64,000 bases of DNA, taken from Octopus vulgaris (taxonomy: Eukaryota). The position numbers and the translations under genes were made by a program. Position 1 is the stretch's first letter. Each line of letters opens with the position of its first letter. Of this stretch, positions 12,256 through 24,944 are shown in pieces. The DNA lies in NCBI GenBank assembly GCA_951406725.2, contig OX597817.1:49352001-49416000 (forward strand), written 5' to 3'. Below the pieces are notes generated by a model. It had not been told where the DNA came from. It did no database searches and worked only from the letters and a program-made list of their open reading frames with translations.

Positions 12256-12520
12256 TCTTGAGGATGAATATAGGTGTGGAATCTGGTTAATATGTATGTT
12301 GTGTGGGTATGTGTGTGGTATGTGTCTTTGTGTTTGGTCCACCGCCTTTCGCTACCAGTGTTGATTTTTTTTCATCCCTCTAATTTGGTGATTCGTTATA
12401 ACAGACATCAAAGACTTAAAAAATAATTAAAAAAAAGGACTGGAGTGGATTTATTCGAGTGAGGTTTTCAATATACACTACATACATATATACATATGTA
12501 TATATATATATATATATATA

Positions 12521-12644
12521 TTAGCCTGCTCACTTAGCCAGCGGGGTGGCGTCATTTGAAGGCTAAAACAATGCGAAGCGCATTGTGACCAGCGATGTGT
12601 AGCAACATCTGATAGCCTGGTCGGTCACGGGGATCACGGTGATA
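12521..12644 (+). mobile_element. Retroposon 3' fragment with an RTE-derived tail
   Basis: 3' ~60 bp is homologous to the RTE end at 19755-19812; flanked by (TA)n. Confidence 0.6.
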
Positions 12645-12665
12645 TATATATGACCATTCCTAAAT

Positions 12666-12714
<49 letters not shown>

Positions 12715-12866
12715 TGGATGGATGGATGGATGGAGGGCGGGAGCGAGGGAGGGAGGGAGAGATAAATATTATAAATTGTAGCCATTTATACTTCAAATTT
12801 AAATTCTTTTATTCTTTAACTCGTTTCAGCCATGCAACTGCCGTCATGCTGGAGCACCACCGTGGA

Positions 12867-12897
<31 letters not shown>

Positions 12898-13874
12898 TTT
12901 TCTTATTTGTGAACAGAATATATTTCAATATATGTAGACGGAATTTAAAATTTTCACGACTAGTGTTATATATATATATTACAGGTTTTGGATTCCAAAT
13001 AAAAAGCGAAAAAAACCCGCCACTTTTATAATAATATCGTCTTACAGACCGATAAAAACCACATTTAAGCATAACTGTCATGTCATACCTCTATTTACTG
13101 AGGCAATGAACGCGATTTGTTTTAGCTGTCATTCTGCCAAGGATTAATGTAAGGGCGACTTTTCTTGTGTTATGATCCGATTTAATAGATTAACTGATAC
13201 TGTGTAACCTCTTACAGGTTCTGTGCGATATCTATCGTAAAGAGCCTTGATTCTGAAATAAATTAGTCGACTAGGTGTAAATGGAGAGCCCAGAGAATCC
13301 ACACGTCATCGTTATAAGCTGCAGCAGTAACTCTTTACTCTTTACTCTTTACTCTTTTACTTGTTTCAGTCCACTCCTGATTTATAGTCACTTTATTTTT
13401 CTATTTGTACAGTTACATTCTGTCTTTTATATGGAATACATATTTGCCAAAGTACCGTACAAAATTCCTTGCAGTATTCAGGCACGATTCTTTACACTCT
13501 AAATTCAATCTTAAGTTCAAGTTTATCTTTCATCGCTCCAGCATCCAAACCAAAACTGAGACTATCTTGGGACACTAATTAATCAATTACAATCTTCGTT
13601 TGTATTTTTGTCTTTATCATTTTTAAAATTATTTTTACTTGTTTCATTCAATGGACTGCAGCCGTGCTGGGCACCGACTTAAAGGGTTTACTCGAAAATA
13701 TCGACCTTTGGTACCTGTTCTATCGGTTGCTTTGTCGAACCGTTTCTTATCGCTGGCAGGGATATAAAAAACGGATCTATCAAAATTAATGGGACAAAGA
13801 TTTCTGGTGTGGTGTTGGGAAACACATCACATTTGCAGCAGTTCGAAGAAGAACTAACATCATTGTTATTACTG

Positions 13875-14085
13875 AGTTAGCAGAATCGTTACCGCGTCGA
13901 ACCAAATGCTTAGCGGAACATCTTTTGGTTCATTACGTGCTAATCTCAAATACCATCGAGGCCAGCTTTGCCTTTCATCCTTTCGAGTTCTATAAAATAT
14001 AGTATCAGTTAAGCATCAGGATCAAAGTAATTGACAATCCCACCGCCAAAATTACTGGCTTGGTGCCAATATTTGAAGCAATTAT
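13875..14085 (+). mobile_element. SINE family B, degenerate
   Basis: GCAGAATCGTT..CTTTGCCTTTCATCCTTTCG. Confidence 0.7.
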
Positions 14086-14110
14086 TATTATTAAGAGCAA
14101 GGCGGTGGTG

Positions 14111-14157
<47 letters not shown>

Positions 14158-14185
14158 TAGAAAGTTTGGAGATGATGTACAGGTA

Positions 14186-14450
14186 TTATATATTAGAAGA
14201 AATGAGGTACTCAGAAATCTGGATGGATTTATATTTACAGATATTCATTAGTATGTTACATGTTTTCACAAATCATATATCATATAATAGCGCTTTCGTC
14301 CACTCTAGTGGAGTTATCAATTTGACACTAGAGTGGACGAAAGCGCTAATATATATGATATATGACTTATAAAAGCATGTAACATACTAATAAATATCTG
14401 TAAATATAAAACCATCCAGATTTCTGAGTACCTCATTTCTTCTAATATAT
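14186..14450. mobile_element. Penelope-like fold-back (arms 14186-14310 / 14326-14450) with a hammerhead at the apex
   Basis: ~125-bp near-perfect inverted repeat; minus strand TTGATAA-c.tccac.taga.gtgga.c-GAAA-gcgc-TA (14283-14322). Confidence 0.75.
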
Positions 14451-14761
14451 ATATATATATATTCACACACACATTCTCACACGCACGCACGCACACATAC
14501 ACACATACACTCACACATATATATATGAAGTATATCTTTGTGCCTAGCTTCTTCACAGTAAATGACTATGAAAATATATGTGTGCACGTACATGAATGAA
14601 CATATCTAAGTAAGTGTGTGTGTGTGTGTGTGTGTGTGTCCGTGCGTGTGAGTGTGTGGTTTTTGCTGGTTGTAGTGGCCAAGTAAGTCAGTAAGGTTTG
14701 TGCACTATGAATGAAAAAGCATCTTGTAAGCAGCCCATGGAATTAATTTTTTTTTTCTCTC

Positions 14762-14814
<53 letters not shown>

Positions 14815-15309
14815 AACTCACAGTTTTAGTGAAAAAAAATTTCAAAATAATTTTTAAAAAACCCCCAAAAAAATCCAGGCAATGAAACGGTGGGGAAGTG
14901 TCAGTAAATATACAAGAAGTATATCAGTAAGTAAATAAACAAAGTTATCCATTATTCTAATCTAACAACGGATGCCTTAAATTGACGCAGCATGGCTGCA
15001 CTGCGTACTGCGAAGCGCTAGATAAAATTCACAGGACCTCCATCATTGAAAGAATAACTTTAACTGCGCATGCGGCGCGCGTATATCCACTATCTTCTAA
15101 TTTGTCCAAGTTAAATGGCTTTTTGAAAAAAGTCTCTCGTATTTTAATCTTTCTTTTTTTTTCTCCCCTCCTTCTTCTTTTTTTCTTGCTCTTTCTTTCC
15201 TTTTTCCCCTTTCCGTCACAATCTCTGTGGTTCTTGTTTTCACACTGATTTATCCGAGCGTATTCATACAGCTTTACTATTTTACACAGACACACAAGCT
15301 CACATTTAT

Positions 15310-15702
<393 letters not shown>

Positions 15703-15956
15703 TTATTCTCTTACACGCTCCTTTTTCTTTTTCTCTCCCACATATACAAACACTACTTAAGTGAATATTGTTAAATGCCTGTGTGTGTGTGTATGTATGA
15801 AGAAAAGTTTCCTACAAGCTGGTTATTCAGATAAAAAATGCTGACCCGTTAGATAAATAAACGTCACTCGTCTGTCAACTGCACCATCCACCAAACAGAA
15901 CGCATACATGCTTTAAATCTACAAGTATACGTTTATACACACATTCACATACACCA

Positions 15957-16200
<244 letters not shown>

Positions 16201-16353
16201 ATTATTTTCCCCCTATGGCCAAGAGCAATACAAAGGCGTTAGGGGTGTTTGGCTTCTTTCATCAAAGTACTGGGTGGAGAGACGGGACTAATGATCAATT
16301 CCTTCTGCATTGAATTGAATTCACAAAAAACTCATCAATATCTGTAATAGTTC

Positions 16354-16646
16354 AAGGTGGCCAGCTGGCAGAATCGTTAGCACGGCTGATAAAACGCTTG
16401 GTGACATTTCATCCGTCTTTACATTCTCAGTTCAAATTCCACTGAGGTCAACTTTGCCTTTCATCCTTTCAGGATCGATTTTTAAAAAAATATGTGGCTG
16501 TGTGGTAAGTAGCTTGCTAACCAACCTCATGGTCCCGGGTTCAGTCCCACTGCGTGGAATCTTGGGCAAGAGTCGTCTGCTATAGCCCCGGGCCGACCAA
16601 TGCCTTGTGAATGGATTTGGTAGATGGAAACTGAAAGAAGCCTGTC

Positions 16647-16702
<56 letters not shown>

Positions 16703-17017
16703 ATGTGTTTGTGTGTCTGTGTTTGTCCCCCTAGCATTGCTTGGCAACCGATGCTGGTGTGTTTACGTCCCCGTCACTTAGCGCTTCGGCAAAAAGAGAC
16801 CGATAGAATAAGTACTGGGCTTACAAAAAGAATAAGTCCCGGGGTCGAGTTGCTCGACTAAAGGCGGAGCTCCAGCATGGCCGCAGTCAAATGACTGAAA
16901 CAAGTAAAAGAGTAAAAGAGTAAAGAGCAATATCAATGTGTTGAGCACTTGGGTTGGTGTAATCGATTTAATCCTCCCCTCCGAAATTCCTGGCCTTGTG
17001 CCAAAATTTGAAGCCAA
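16354..17017 (+). mobile_element. SINE B (16354-16480, resuming ~16935-17017) interrupted by a full SINE A (16494-16928)
   Basis: B head and body, then an A copy, then the B tail; flanking CAATATCTGTAAT duplicated. Confidence 0.8.
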
Positions 17018-17339
17018 TATCTGTAATGGTTCACAGGTATCTTATACAAGTAACAACTGTAATGAAACACATCGTTCAGTCCATCCATCTATAAACACTT
17101 AGAAGATACTACAAGACTAGAGAGACAGAATATCTTATAAATGATGAACAAGAGTTTGTTCTGCGAGTTGCAATCTCACACATATCAACCCAACCCTATC
17201 AAAATATGAGGGTAAATATTTACCCTTGTTTTTCTTCATTTATAACAGGGATTCTCATCCATTTTTATCTATGAACCCCTTTGATTACTATTTTATTCTG
17301 ATGGACCCCTATAGCCATTCAATTTCTAAAAACAAGTTT

Positions 17340-17695
17340 TGTACCAACCACATGGTTTCGGGTTCAGTCCCACTGCGTGGCACTATGGGCAGGTGTCTTC
17401 TACTATAGCCTCGGGCTGACCAAAGCCTTATGAGTGGATTTGAACTATATATGTGTGTGTGTATGTATGTGTGTGTGTGTGTGTTTGTGTGTCTGTGTTT
17501 GTCCCCCAACATCGCTTGACAACCGATGGTGGTGTGTTTACGTCCTCGTAACTTAGCGGTTCGGCAAAAGTCTCCGCTAGAATAAGTAGGCTTACAAAGA
17601 ATAAGTCCTGGGGTCGATTTGCTCGACTAAAGTCGGTGCTCCAGCATGCATGGCCACAGTCAAATGACTAAAACAAGTAAAAGAGTAAAAGAGTG
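17340..17695 (+). mobile_element. SINE family A (5'-clipped)
   Basis: Family A body and tail. Confidence 0.85.
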
Positions 17696-18049
17696 AGAGT
17701 ATATAAACTTAATTCATAATTCCTATTTTCTTTTTCACACATGAACTCGTGTAGGTTGAACTATGTAAAACGTTAGAGAAAGAAATTTAACTGTTTCTGA
17801 CGATACATACACCCAAAGCAATACATACATCCTTGATGAATTACTGTGGGTCCTCAATTTACTAGTGTGTTTCCGCGGATCCGCAAAATTTTATATGGAC
17901 CCTTAGGGTTCGTATGAACCCCGGTTAAGAACCACGAACTTTATACGAAGACAATATACAGTTTGCGACTCTGTGGTTAGGAAACTCGCTTTGCAGCCGC
18001 GTAGATTCACGTTCGGTCTCACTGTGCAACACCTCGGTCATCCCATAAA

Positions 18050-18974
18050 TTGGGTCATCCCATAAATAAAGCGGTTTTTTATATTTCTTTTATTTTTCAA
18101 AATTAAGATAAATGAAGTTTTTTTTTTTAATCTAAAATATATTCTCCTTCATTTTTACAATGCTCTTCCATCTATCTGGTAGACTTGCAAGGCCCCTCTT
18201 CCAAAATCCACTTGTCCCTGGCGAAAAATACTCCTCCACTACTGTCCTGACCTCGTCTACAGAATTCGTATTTTTCCGTCCAAATGTTTTTGAAAACTGC
18301 GGAATAAATGATAATTAGATGGGGCAAAGTCCGGCGATTATGGTGGGTGGGGCATCGTTTTCCATTCAAACTTCTGCCTTTGGAATGTCGTTCTCGCTGT
18401 ATGTGGTCGAACATTATCCTGATGGAAGAACACCTTTCGTCTTGAAACCAAAAATGGTCGTTTTCCTTTTACCGCCGATATGAAAGACCAGTTGAATGAC
18501 TAACTCCAAGCTTCTCTGCTAGTTCCTCGACAGTTACGATGGGATTTTGATCCACCAGGGTTTGCAGGACGTCCTCGTCCAGCTCTACAGATCTTCCAGG
18601 GTGAGGCTTATCTTCTAGGCTGTAGGTTCCGGCTCGAAATTTCTGGAACCACCGGTGACACTGTCTTACTCTTGTTGTCCAATCCCCATGTACTGCATTA
18701 ATGTTTTTCGCACTTTCCGTTGCATTGTTGCCTTTATTAAATTCATAAAGCAAAATATGCCGAATATGCTCCTTTGGGACTTCCATTATAGCTTTGAAAA
18801 AAATAAATGTTACAATCGAACTGCACTCTTCAAAACTTGCACTAAGAATAACGATAAGGTATAATAACTACCTGTATTTTTTTATAGCAAGTTGATGCAG
18901 GTAGTTTATCCCGTCCCCCTCCAACTTTTAGCTTATGCAATTGAAAACACTGCATTACATATGGGATGGTCCAA
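18050..18974 (-). mobile_element. Internally deleted mariner element nested in a SINE A copy
   Basis: TIRs TTGGGTCATCCCATAAATAA / TTACATATGGGATGGTCCAA; SINE A head lies before 18035 and continues after 18978. Confidence 0.9.
18172..18786 (-). pseudogene. Mariner transposase pseudogene (N-terminal HTH joined to C-terminal catalytic remnant)
   Basis: MEVPKEHIRHILLYEF..RWFQKFRAG..LEDKPHPGRS..TVEELAEKLGVSHST, then HQDNVRPH and HPP*SPDFAPSNYHLF in another frame. Confidence 0.88.
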
Positions 18975-19319
18975 TATATTCTACTACATCCCTAGATCAA
19001 CCAATGTCTTGTGAATGAATTTGGTAGACGGAAACTGTGTGAAAGCCACATGTGTATGTATGTAACCTATATAGTAGATATATTAAACAGAGCTAATTTA
19101 GTTATTTCTCTGTAGATTGAAAAAAATAAGTGAACAACCTGAAACGGTTTTTATGAGAGGCGTCTACATTAATTTGACCAACCCTAGAGAATCAAGCAGC
19201 CAATCTGTTTATTTTCTCAACAATTAGATACAGTAGCTACAGAAAACTGGAATTACTCATTTGCATACCGTAAGTGTTTATAGTTTATTTAATACCAGGG
19301 TCCTGTCAACGGAGATGTG

Positions 19320-19545
19320 TGTATGTATATACAAGTCTGTCTTTTAGCTTTTATTTGTCACCCACTCTTTTGCTTGACAACTAGTGCTAGATTGCTTATG
19401 TTCCTGTAACTTAGAAGTGTGCAAAAGAGATGCATAGGATAAGTACCAGGTTTTAAAAATAAGTACTGTGGTTGGTGTGTTCAGCTAAACCGTTAAAAGC
19501 GGTGCCCCAGCATGGCCGCTGTCAAATGACTAAAACAAGTGAATG
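19320..19545 (+). mobile_element. SINE A 3' half, degenerate
   Basis: GCTTGACAAC..GCGGTGCCCCAGCATGGCCGC..AAATGACT. Confidence 0.7.
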
Positions 19546-19694
19546 ATGAAGTATTTTTACTTTTCTTTTTTAATTTATGCAGCTGGATTCAAGTCACATG
19601 ATACAGGACTGATTTGTTCGAATTACACTATGCATACGAACTGAAGCTATCTTTTAGTTCCAGCTGACTTGATAATACGATTGCATAACTATAT

Positions 19695-19812
19695 ACAGGA
19701 GGGCGATTGGGATCACGTGGATGAGAAAGGCGCGATCCAGAGAGGAATGGACAGCGTGCTGTGACCAGTGGTGTCAAATGGACGTCCGACGGACAGGTCG
19801 GTCAAGGTGATA
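19695..19812 (+). mobile_element. RTE-clade LINE 3' end fragment
   Basis: Translates RRAIGITWMRKARSREEWTACCDQW, matching the W..A..R..W....QW C-terminus of RTE ORFs. Confidence 0.65.
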
Positions 19813-19819
19813 ACTATAT

Positions 19820-20035
19820 AAGGTAGTAAGCTGAAAGAATCGTTGGACCGCCGGACTTAATGCTCTGTGACATTTCGTTTCTCTTTACGTTCTGAGTTCA
19901 AATTCCACTGGGGTCGACTTTACTTTCCATCCTTTCGGAGTCGATAAAATAAGTACCAGTCGAGCCCTGGGTTTGATGGAAGTGACTTACCACCTCACCC
20001 GAAATTATTGTCCTTGTGCCAAAATCTGAAACCAG
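19820..20035 (+). mobile_element. SINE family B
   Basis: GTTCTGAGTTCAAATTCC..GGTCGACTTT..AAGTACCAG. Confidence 0.75.
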
Positions 20036-20284
20036 TAAACCTCCGATGAAACTTTCTCTCCTCCTTGGAGCGGTCAAAGCCGAGATATGATTACCACAAA
20101 AATGATTTTAAAAAATGAAACAAAACCTAAGCGACTAGCATTTTTCTTTTTTCTCTTTTTAACTTTATTTTTCTTATTTAAAAAATTTTTTAATCTGCAT
20201 ATTTTATTCAAACAGGATGTGTACTGCATTACAAGGAAAAACCGCATCTTGTCTATCGACTTCCTGATAAAAAGTGACATATAT

Positions 20285-20335
<51 letters not shown>

Positions 20336-21154
20336 AATAATAATAATAATAATAATAATGCTGATGATGATGATAACCACAAAAACAAAATGCCTTGTGA
20401 TATACAGCGACCCAGGGTTTCCGAGAGCAAAATAGTAATTTATTTCGCCATTTATCAAGCTGCTCATTCGTATATCGATTGCATCGAACGCATTTATTAC
20501 AACGTTTTGTTTCTACCGCCTTGATAAATGGCGAAATAAATTAATATTTCTGCCCGAAACCCCTGGGTGATTGTGTTTCACAAGGCTTGTCGTGGCTTTT
20601 ATTATAATAATACCTTTCTCTCTTAACTGAACGAACGTTGAACAACTTGTTGAAAGCCATACCATACAGTATACATACACACACACATGCATATATACAT
20701 ATACATACATATATCACATATACAACATGATGCATATATACAAACACATGGTATTGATATGAGAACACAATGGCGAAATATCAGTATCTACAATTCTCGG
20801 TTATCAGAAGCGCATTGTCCCATTTTGTCTCATATATATGTGTGTGTGTGTTATATTTTTTTATATTTTGAGGCGAATTTCAGGAAAGCCACGGAATTTA
20901 CTGAGAGGGTAACTCAATAATCAAGTTATCATCAGTCATAAGGCCAAGGGGCGTACAATATGATTAATATGTGTTATTTTGAATTTCAAAAGTCAGAAAT
21001 AACATGATGTATTATCTCAAGAAATGCTCTGCCTATGTCTAGAATGATATTCTCTGATCAATATGCATAGGATAATGCTTTTCTTCAAATGAAGAACTTT
21101 ATATGTTGTAAGTAACTTTGAAATATAATAGAACAATATATATATGATATAGTA

Positions 21155-21372
21155 AGGCGGCGAGCTGGCAGAAACGTTAGTACGCCAGGCGAATTGCTTA
21201 GCGTTATTTCGTCGTGTCTTTACGTTTTGAGTTCAAATTCCGCCCAGTTCGACTTTGCCGTTCCTCCTTTCGGGGTCGATTAAATAAGTGCCAGTTGCGT
21301 ACTGGTGTCGATCTAATTAACTGGTCCCCTCTCCCCCAAAATTTCGGGCTTTGTGCCTAGAGTAGAAAAGAA
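21155..21372 (+). mobile_element. SINE family B (alternative tail ..TTGTGCCTAGAGTAGAAAAG)
   Basis: Family B head and body with the second tail type. Confidence 0.85.
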
Positions 21373-21732
21373 TATATGTGTTATAGTATAGGGAGCTGGC
21401 ATGGCTCTGAGGGGAAAGAGGCTTGCTGTTCAACTATATGTATTCGAGTTCAGATCCCTGCGTGGCACTTTGGGCAAATGTCTTTTACAGTAATCAGAGG
21501 TCGGTCGGACTTGTGAGTGAGTTGAGTAGAGGGAAACTCTGAGTGTCTTAGTGCATATGTTTGTACGGTGGGTGAGGGTGAGGGATAATGTTTCTGAGAT
21601 ACTAGAAGAATCCACTTCGAGGCATGAAGCACGAAGAAGAGCATCTCCGCCCAATTCGCTACTTCTCGAGAAACAGTACAAGAAAGAAACCCAATCTCAC
21701 TGAAACCGGTCAAATGTAAAAGATACACACAA

Positions 21733-21848
21733 ACACCATTCTACTAGAAATAGACCCCTAATGGTCAATGAACCTCTTAGATCATTACTAAGATTATTAT
21801 CTAAGTGGTTCATAGACCATTTGGGGTCTATTTCTAGCAGACTGGTGT
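21733..21848. repeat. ~116-bp palindromic MITE-like hairpin
   Basis: Arms 21733-21785 / 21796-21848 (CTAGAAATAGACCCC..GGGGTCTATTTCTAG). Confidence 0.75.
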
Positions 21849-21979
21849 TATAATCATTCCACACTCTTATTATGATTTTAACATAAATTAACCATTATGG
21901 TATTTTAGTATGCTGGTCCCCGATAAATCATTAAATAATGATTTCATCCTAGTTACGTATATATATATATATGTATATA

Positions 21980-22031
<52 letters not shown>

Positions 22032-22398
22032 TAATTTTTGAAATGTGTATGTAACAATGCTTGCATGAACATTGGATTGTATATATACCCAAACCGCCTA
22101 CTAGCTGTATAGTGTAATAGCAACGTAGACTAATATTAACAAAGGAACTCAAATCTGTTGACTTCACAGTGGGAAGATGAATCTAATACTTCCGATAATT
22201 GGTTGAATATCTTTTTATATAAATGTTTGTGTGGCTGTATATGAAAGGGGGAGTGAGGCGTAAGAGGAGAACCTCGTTTATCATATTAAGTGGTGGTGGG
22301 GGAGGGGGGAGCTTCAATAACGCATTACATGAGGTTAAGTTATCTTTCAGGTATGAGATACAATAGGAAACAATTATAAACACGTAATGTGTGTCTCA

Positions 22399-22493
<95 letters not shown>

Positions 22494-22623
22494 AATGCGC
22501 AAAATCTCGCACACCTGCACGTGTGTTTATATATAATTCCAAACATGTCATTCACGTATATGTACGAACATACATCGTACGCAAAGGCGCACACACACAC
22601 AAACACACACACACACACACACC

Positions 22624-22679
<56 letters not shown>

Positions 22680-22792
22680 TATACATGCATACATATACAT
22701 ACACACATACTCCTTACGTATGTTTACATGTGTCCGAGTGTGATGTGTGTACATTTGCGAGTGTATACACACAAATACATATATATTATTTT

Positions 22793-23219
22793 ATTCTTTT
22801 ACTTGTTTCAGTCAGTTGACTGTGGCCTTTAGTCGAGCAAAACGATGGCCAGGATTTATTCTTTATAGGCGTAGTACTTGTTCTATCGGTCTCTTTCGCC
22901 GAACCGCTGAGTTACGAGGACGTAAACACACCAGCATCGGTTGTCAAGCAATGTTGGCGAGACAAACACAGATACACAAACATATACATACTTACATATT
23001 ATATATATATATGTATATATATATGAAAAACGCTCGTCGTAAATATATATATATATACGACGGGCTTCTTTCAGTTTCCATCTACCAAATCTACTCACAA
23101 GGCTTTAGTTGGCCCGAGGCTATAATAGAAGACACTTGCCCAAAGTGTCACGCAGTGGGACTGAACCCAGAACCATGTAGTTGGTAAGCTAGCTTCTTAC
23201 CACACAGCCACACCTGCGC
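22793..23219 (-). mobile_element. SINE family A
   Basis: Reverse-complement family A. Confidence 0.88.
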
Positions 23220-23293
23220 TTATTTTAGAACATTTATTCTAGCCTTGGCTTTTTATTTCATTACGGAAAAAAAATTATATATATATATATAGT

Positions 23294-23658
23294 AGGCGTA
23301 GGAGTGGCTGTGTGGTAAGTAGCTTGCTTACCAACCACATGGTGGCACCTTGGGCAAATGTCTTCTACTATAGCCTCGGGCCGACCAAAGCCTTGTGAGT
23401 GGATTTGGTAGATGGAAACTGTGTATGTGTGTGTGTGTGTGTGTGTGTTTGTGTGTCTGTGTTTGTCCCCCCAACATCACTTGACGATGCTGGTGTGTTT
23501 ACGTTCCCGCAACTTAGCGGTTCGGCAAAACAGACCGATAGAATAAGTACTAGGCTTACAAAGAATAAGTCCTGGGGTCGATTTGCTCGACTAAAGGCGG
23601 TGCTCCAGCATGGCCGCAGTCAAATGACAGAAACAAGTAAAAGAGTAAAAGAGCAAAA
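23294..23658 (+). mobile_element. SINE family A (head-to-head with the previous copy)
   Basis: Family A head to tail, with small deletions. Confidence 0.88.
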
Positions 23659-24010
23659 GAATATATATATATATATGTATGTATGTATGTATGATAGAAA
23701 TATTAAAATTACTAAGTCTCTATAAAAGAGATTACGATAGCGTTTACTGGAAATTAATTGTTATCGCCATATTAATATGGCATTCTTATAATATAAGAAT
23801 AATCGCTGCCGCTGGTCAGCTCCATGAGGCCACCGACTTAAGATAGCTATTGATACACGATCTGTATCCATTATAACCTTCGAACAAGGGAGGTCAGCCG
23901 CTTCACACTGCCAGTCCTGACAGCTACAGACGCGTTTCGGGGTATTGCCCCTTGTCAATATAAGCCTTCGAACAGAGACGTCAGTGGCGACACCTGCGGG
24001 GTCTGATTGC

Positions 24011-24052
24011 GCTACATTGACAAGGGGCAATACCCCGAAACGCGTCTGTAGC
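24011..24052 (+). ncRNA. Minimal type-I hammerhead ribozyme, U3-A8 core variant
   Basis: gctaca-TTGACAA-gggg.caata.cccc-GAAA-cgcg-TC-tgtagc; perfect stems I and II, palindromic ACGCGT stem III, GUC site. Confidence 0.85.
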
Positions 24053-24374
24053 TGTCAGGACTGGCAGTGTGAAGCGGCTGACCTCCCTTGTTCGAAGGTT
24101 ATAATGGATACAGATCGTGTATCAATAGCTATCTTAAGGCGGTGGCCTCGTGGAGCTGACCAGCGGCAGCGATTATTCTTATATTATAAGAATGCCATAT
24201 TAATATGGCGATAACAATTAATTTCCAGTAAACGCTGTCGTAATCTCTTTTATAGAGACTTAGTAATTTTAATATTTCTATTATTGAAAACAAGTGGATG
24301 TATTCCACTGAAACTAGGTAAATATAAGCCTTCGAACAGAGACGTCAGTGGCGACACCTGCGGGGTCTGACTGC

Positions 24375-24416
24375 GCTACATTGACAAGGGGCAATACCCC
24401 GAAACGCGTCTGTAGC
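24375..24416 (+). ncRNA. Second, identical minimal hammerhead ribozyme
   Basis: Identical to 24011-24052, 364 bp downstream. Confidence 0.85.
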
Positions 24417-24580
24417 TGTCAGGACTGGCAGTGTGAAGCGGCTGACCTCCCTTGTTCGAAGGTTATAATGGATACAGATCGTGTATCAATAGCTATCTTA
24501 AGTCGGTGGCCTCATGGAGCTGACCAGCGGCAGCGATTATTCTTATATTATAAGAATGCCATATTAATATGGCGATATGG

Positions 24581-24836
24581 TGTAGAATATATTGTATAAA
24601 GAATTGTGGGTAAGGCCAAAATAATGCGAAATAAATACAAGGTAAATCACAAGAAAACAAATATGTGAATTAATGTAGACTTACCTTGTATTCAATATTT
24701 CAGGGTTATTGAAAATGGGGTCATAACCCTGAAATATTGGATACAAGGTAAGTCTACATTAATTCTTGTGATTTACCTTGCATTTACTTCGCATTCTTTT
24801 GGCCTTACCCACGATACTTTATACAATATATATACA
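24581..24836. mobile_element. Penelope-like fold-back (arms ~24581-24709 / 24723-24836) with a hammerhead core at the apex
   Basis: TTGAAAA-t.ggg.gtcataa.ccc.t-GAAA-ta-tt at 24709-24738; the 5' strand of stem I is lost at the inversion. Confidence 0.7.
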
Positions 24837-24844
24837 TACATATA

Positions 24845-24885
<41 letters not shown>

Positions 24886-24944
24886 TATGTATGTATTTAT
24901 GTATGTATGTATATATTTACGCATGTATTCTTTTATTCTCTTAT

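Larger units (their letters stand above)
23695..24576 (+). mobile_element. Penelope-like pseudo-LTR cluster: inverted copy 23695-23959 plus direct copies 23957-24320 and 24321-24576
   Basis: ~265-bp near-perfect inverted repeat plus a 364-bp-period tandem; every copy carries a hammerhead motif. Confidence 0.85.

Noticed and set aside
23761-24599. Three copies of an 83-89 aa ORF (..TRGNTPKRVCSCQDWQC..)
   Set aside because: They lie within the repeated pseudo-LTR and overlap the hammerhead; no recognisable protein family and non-ATG starts
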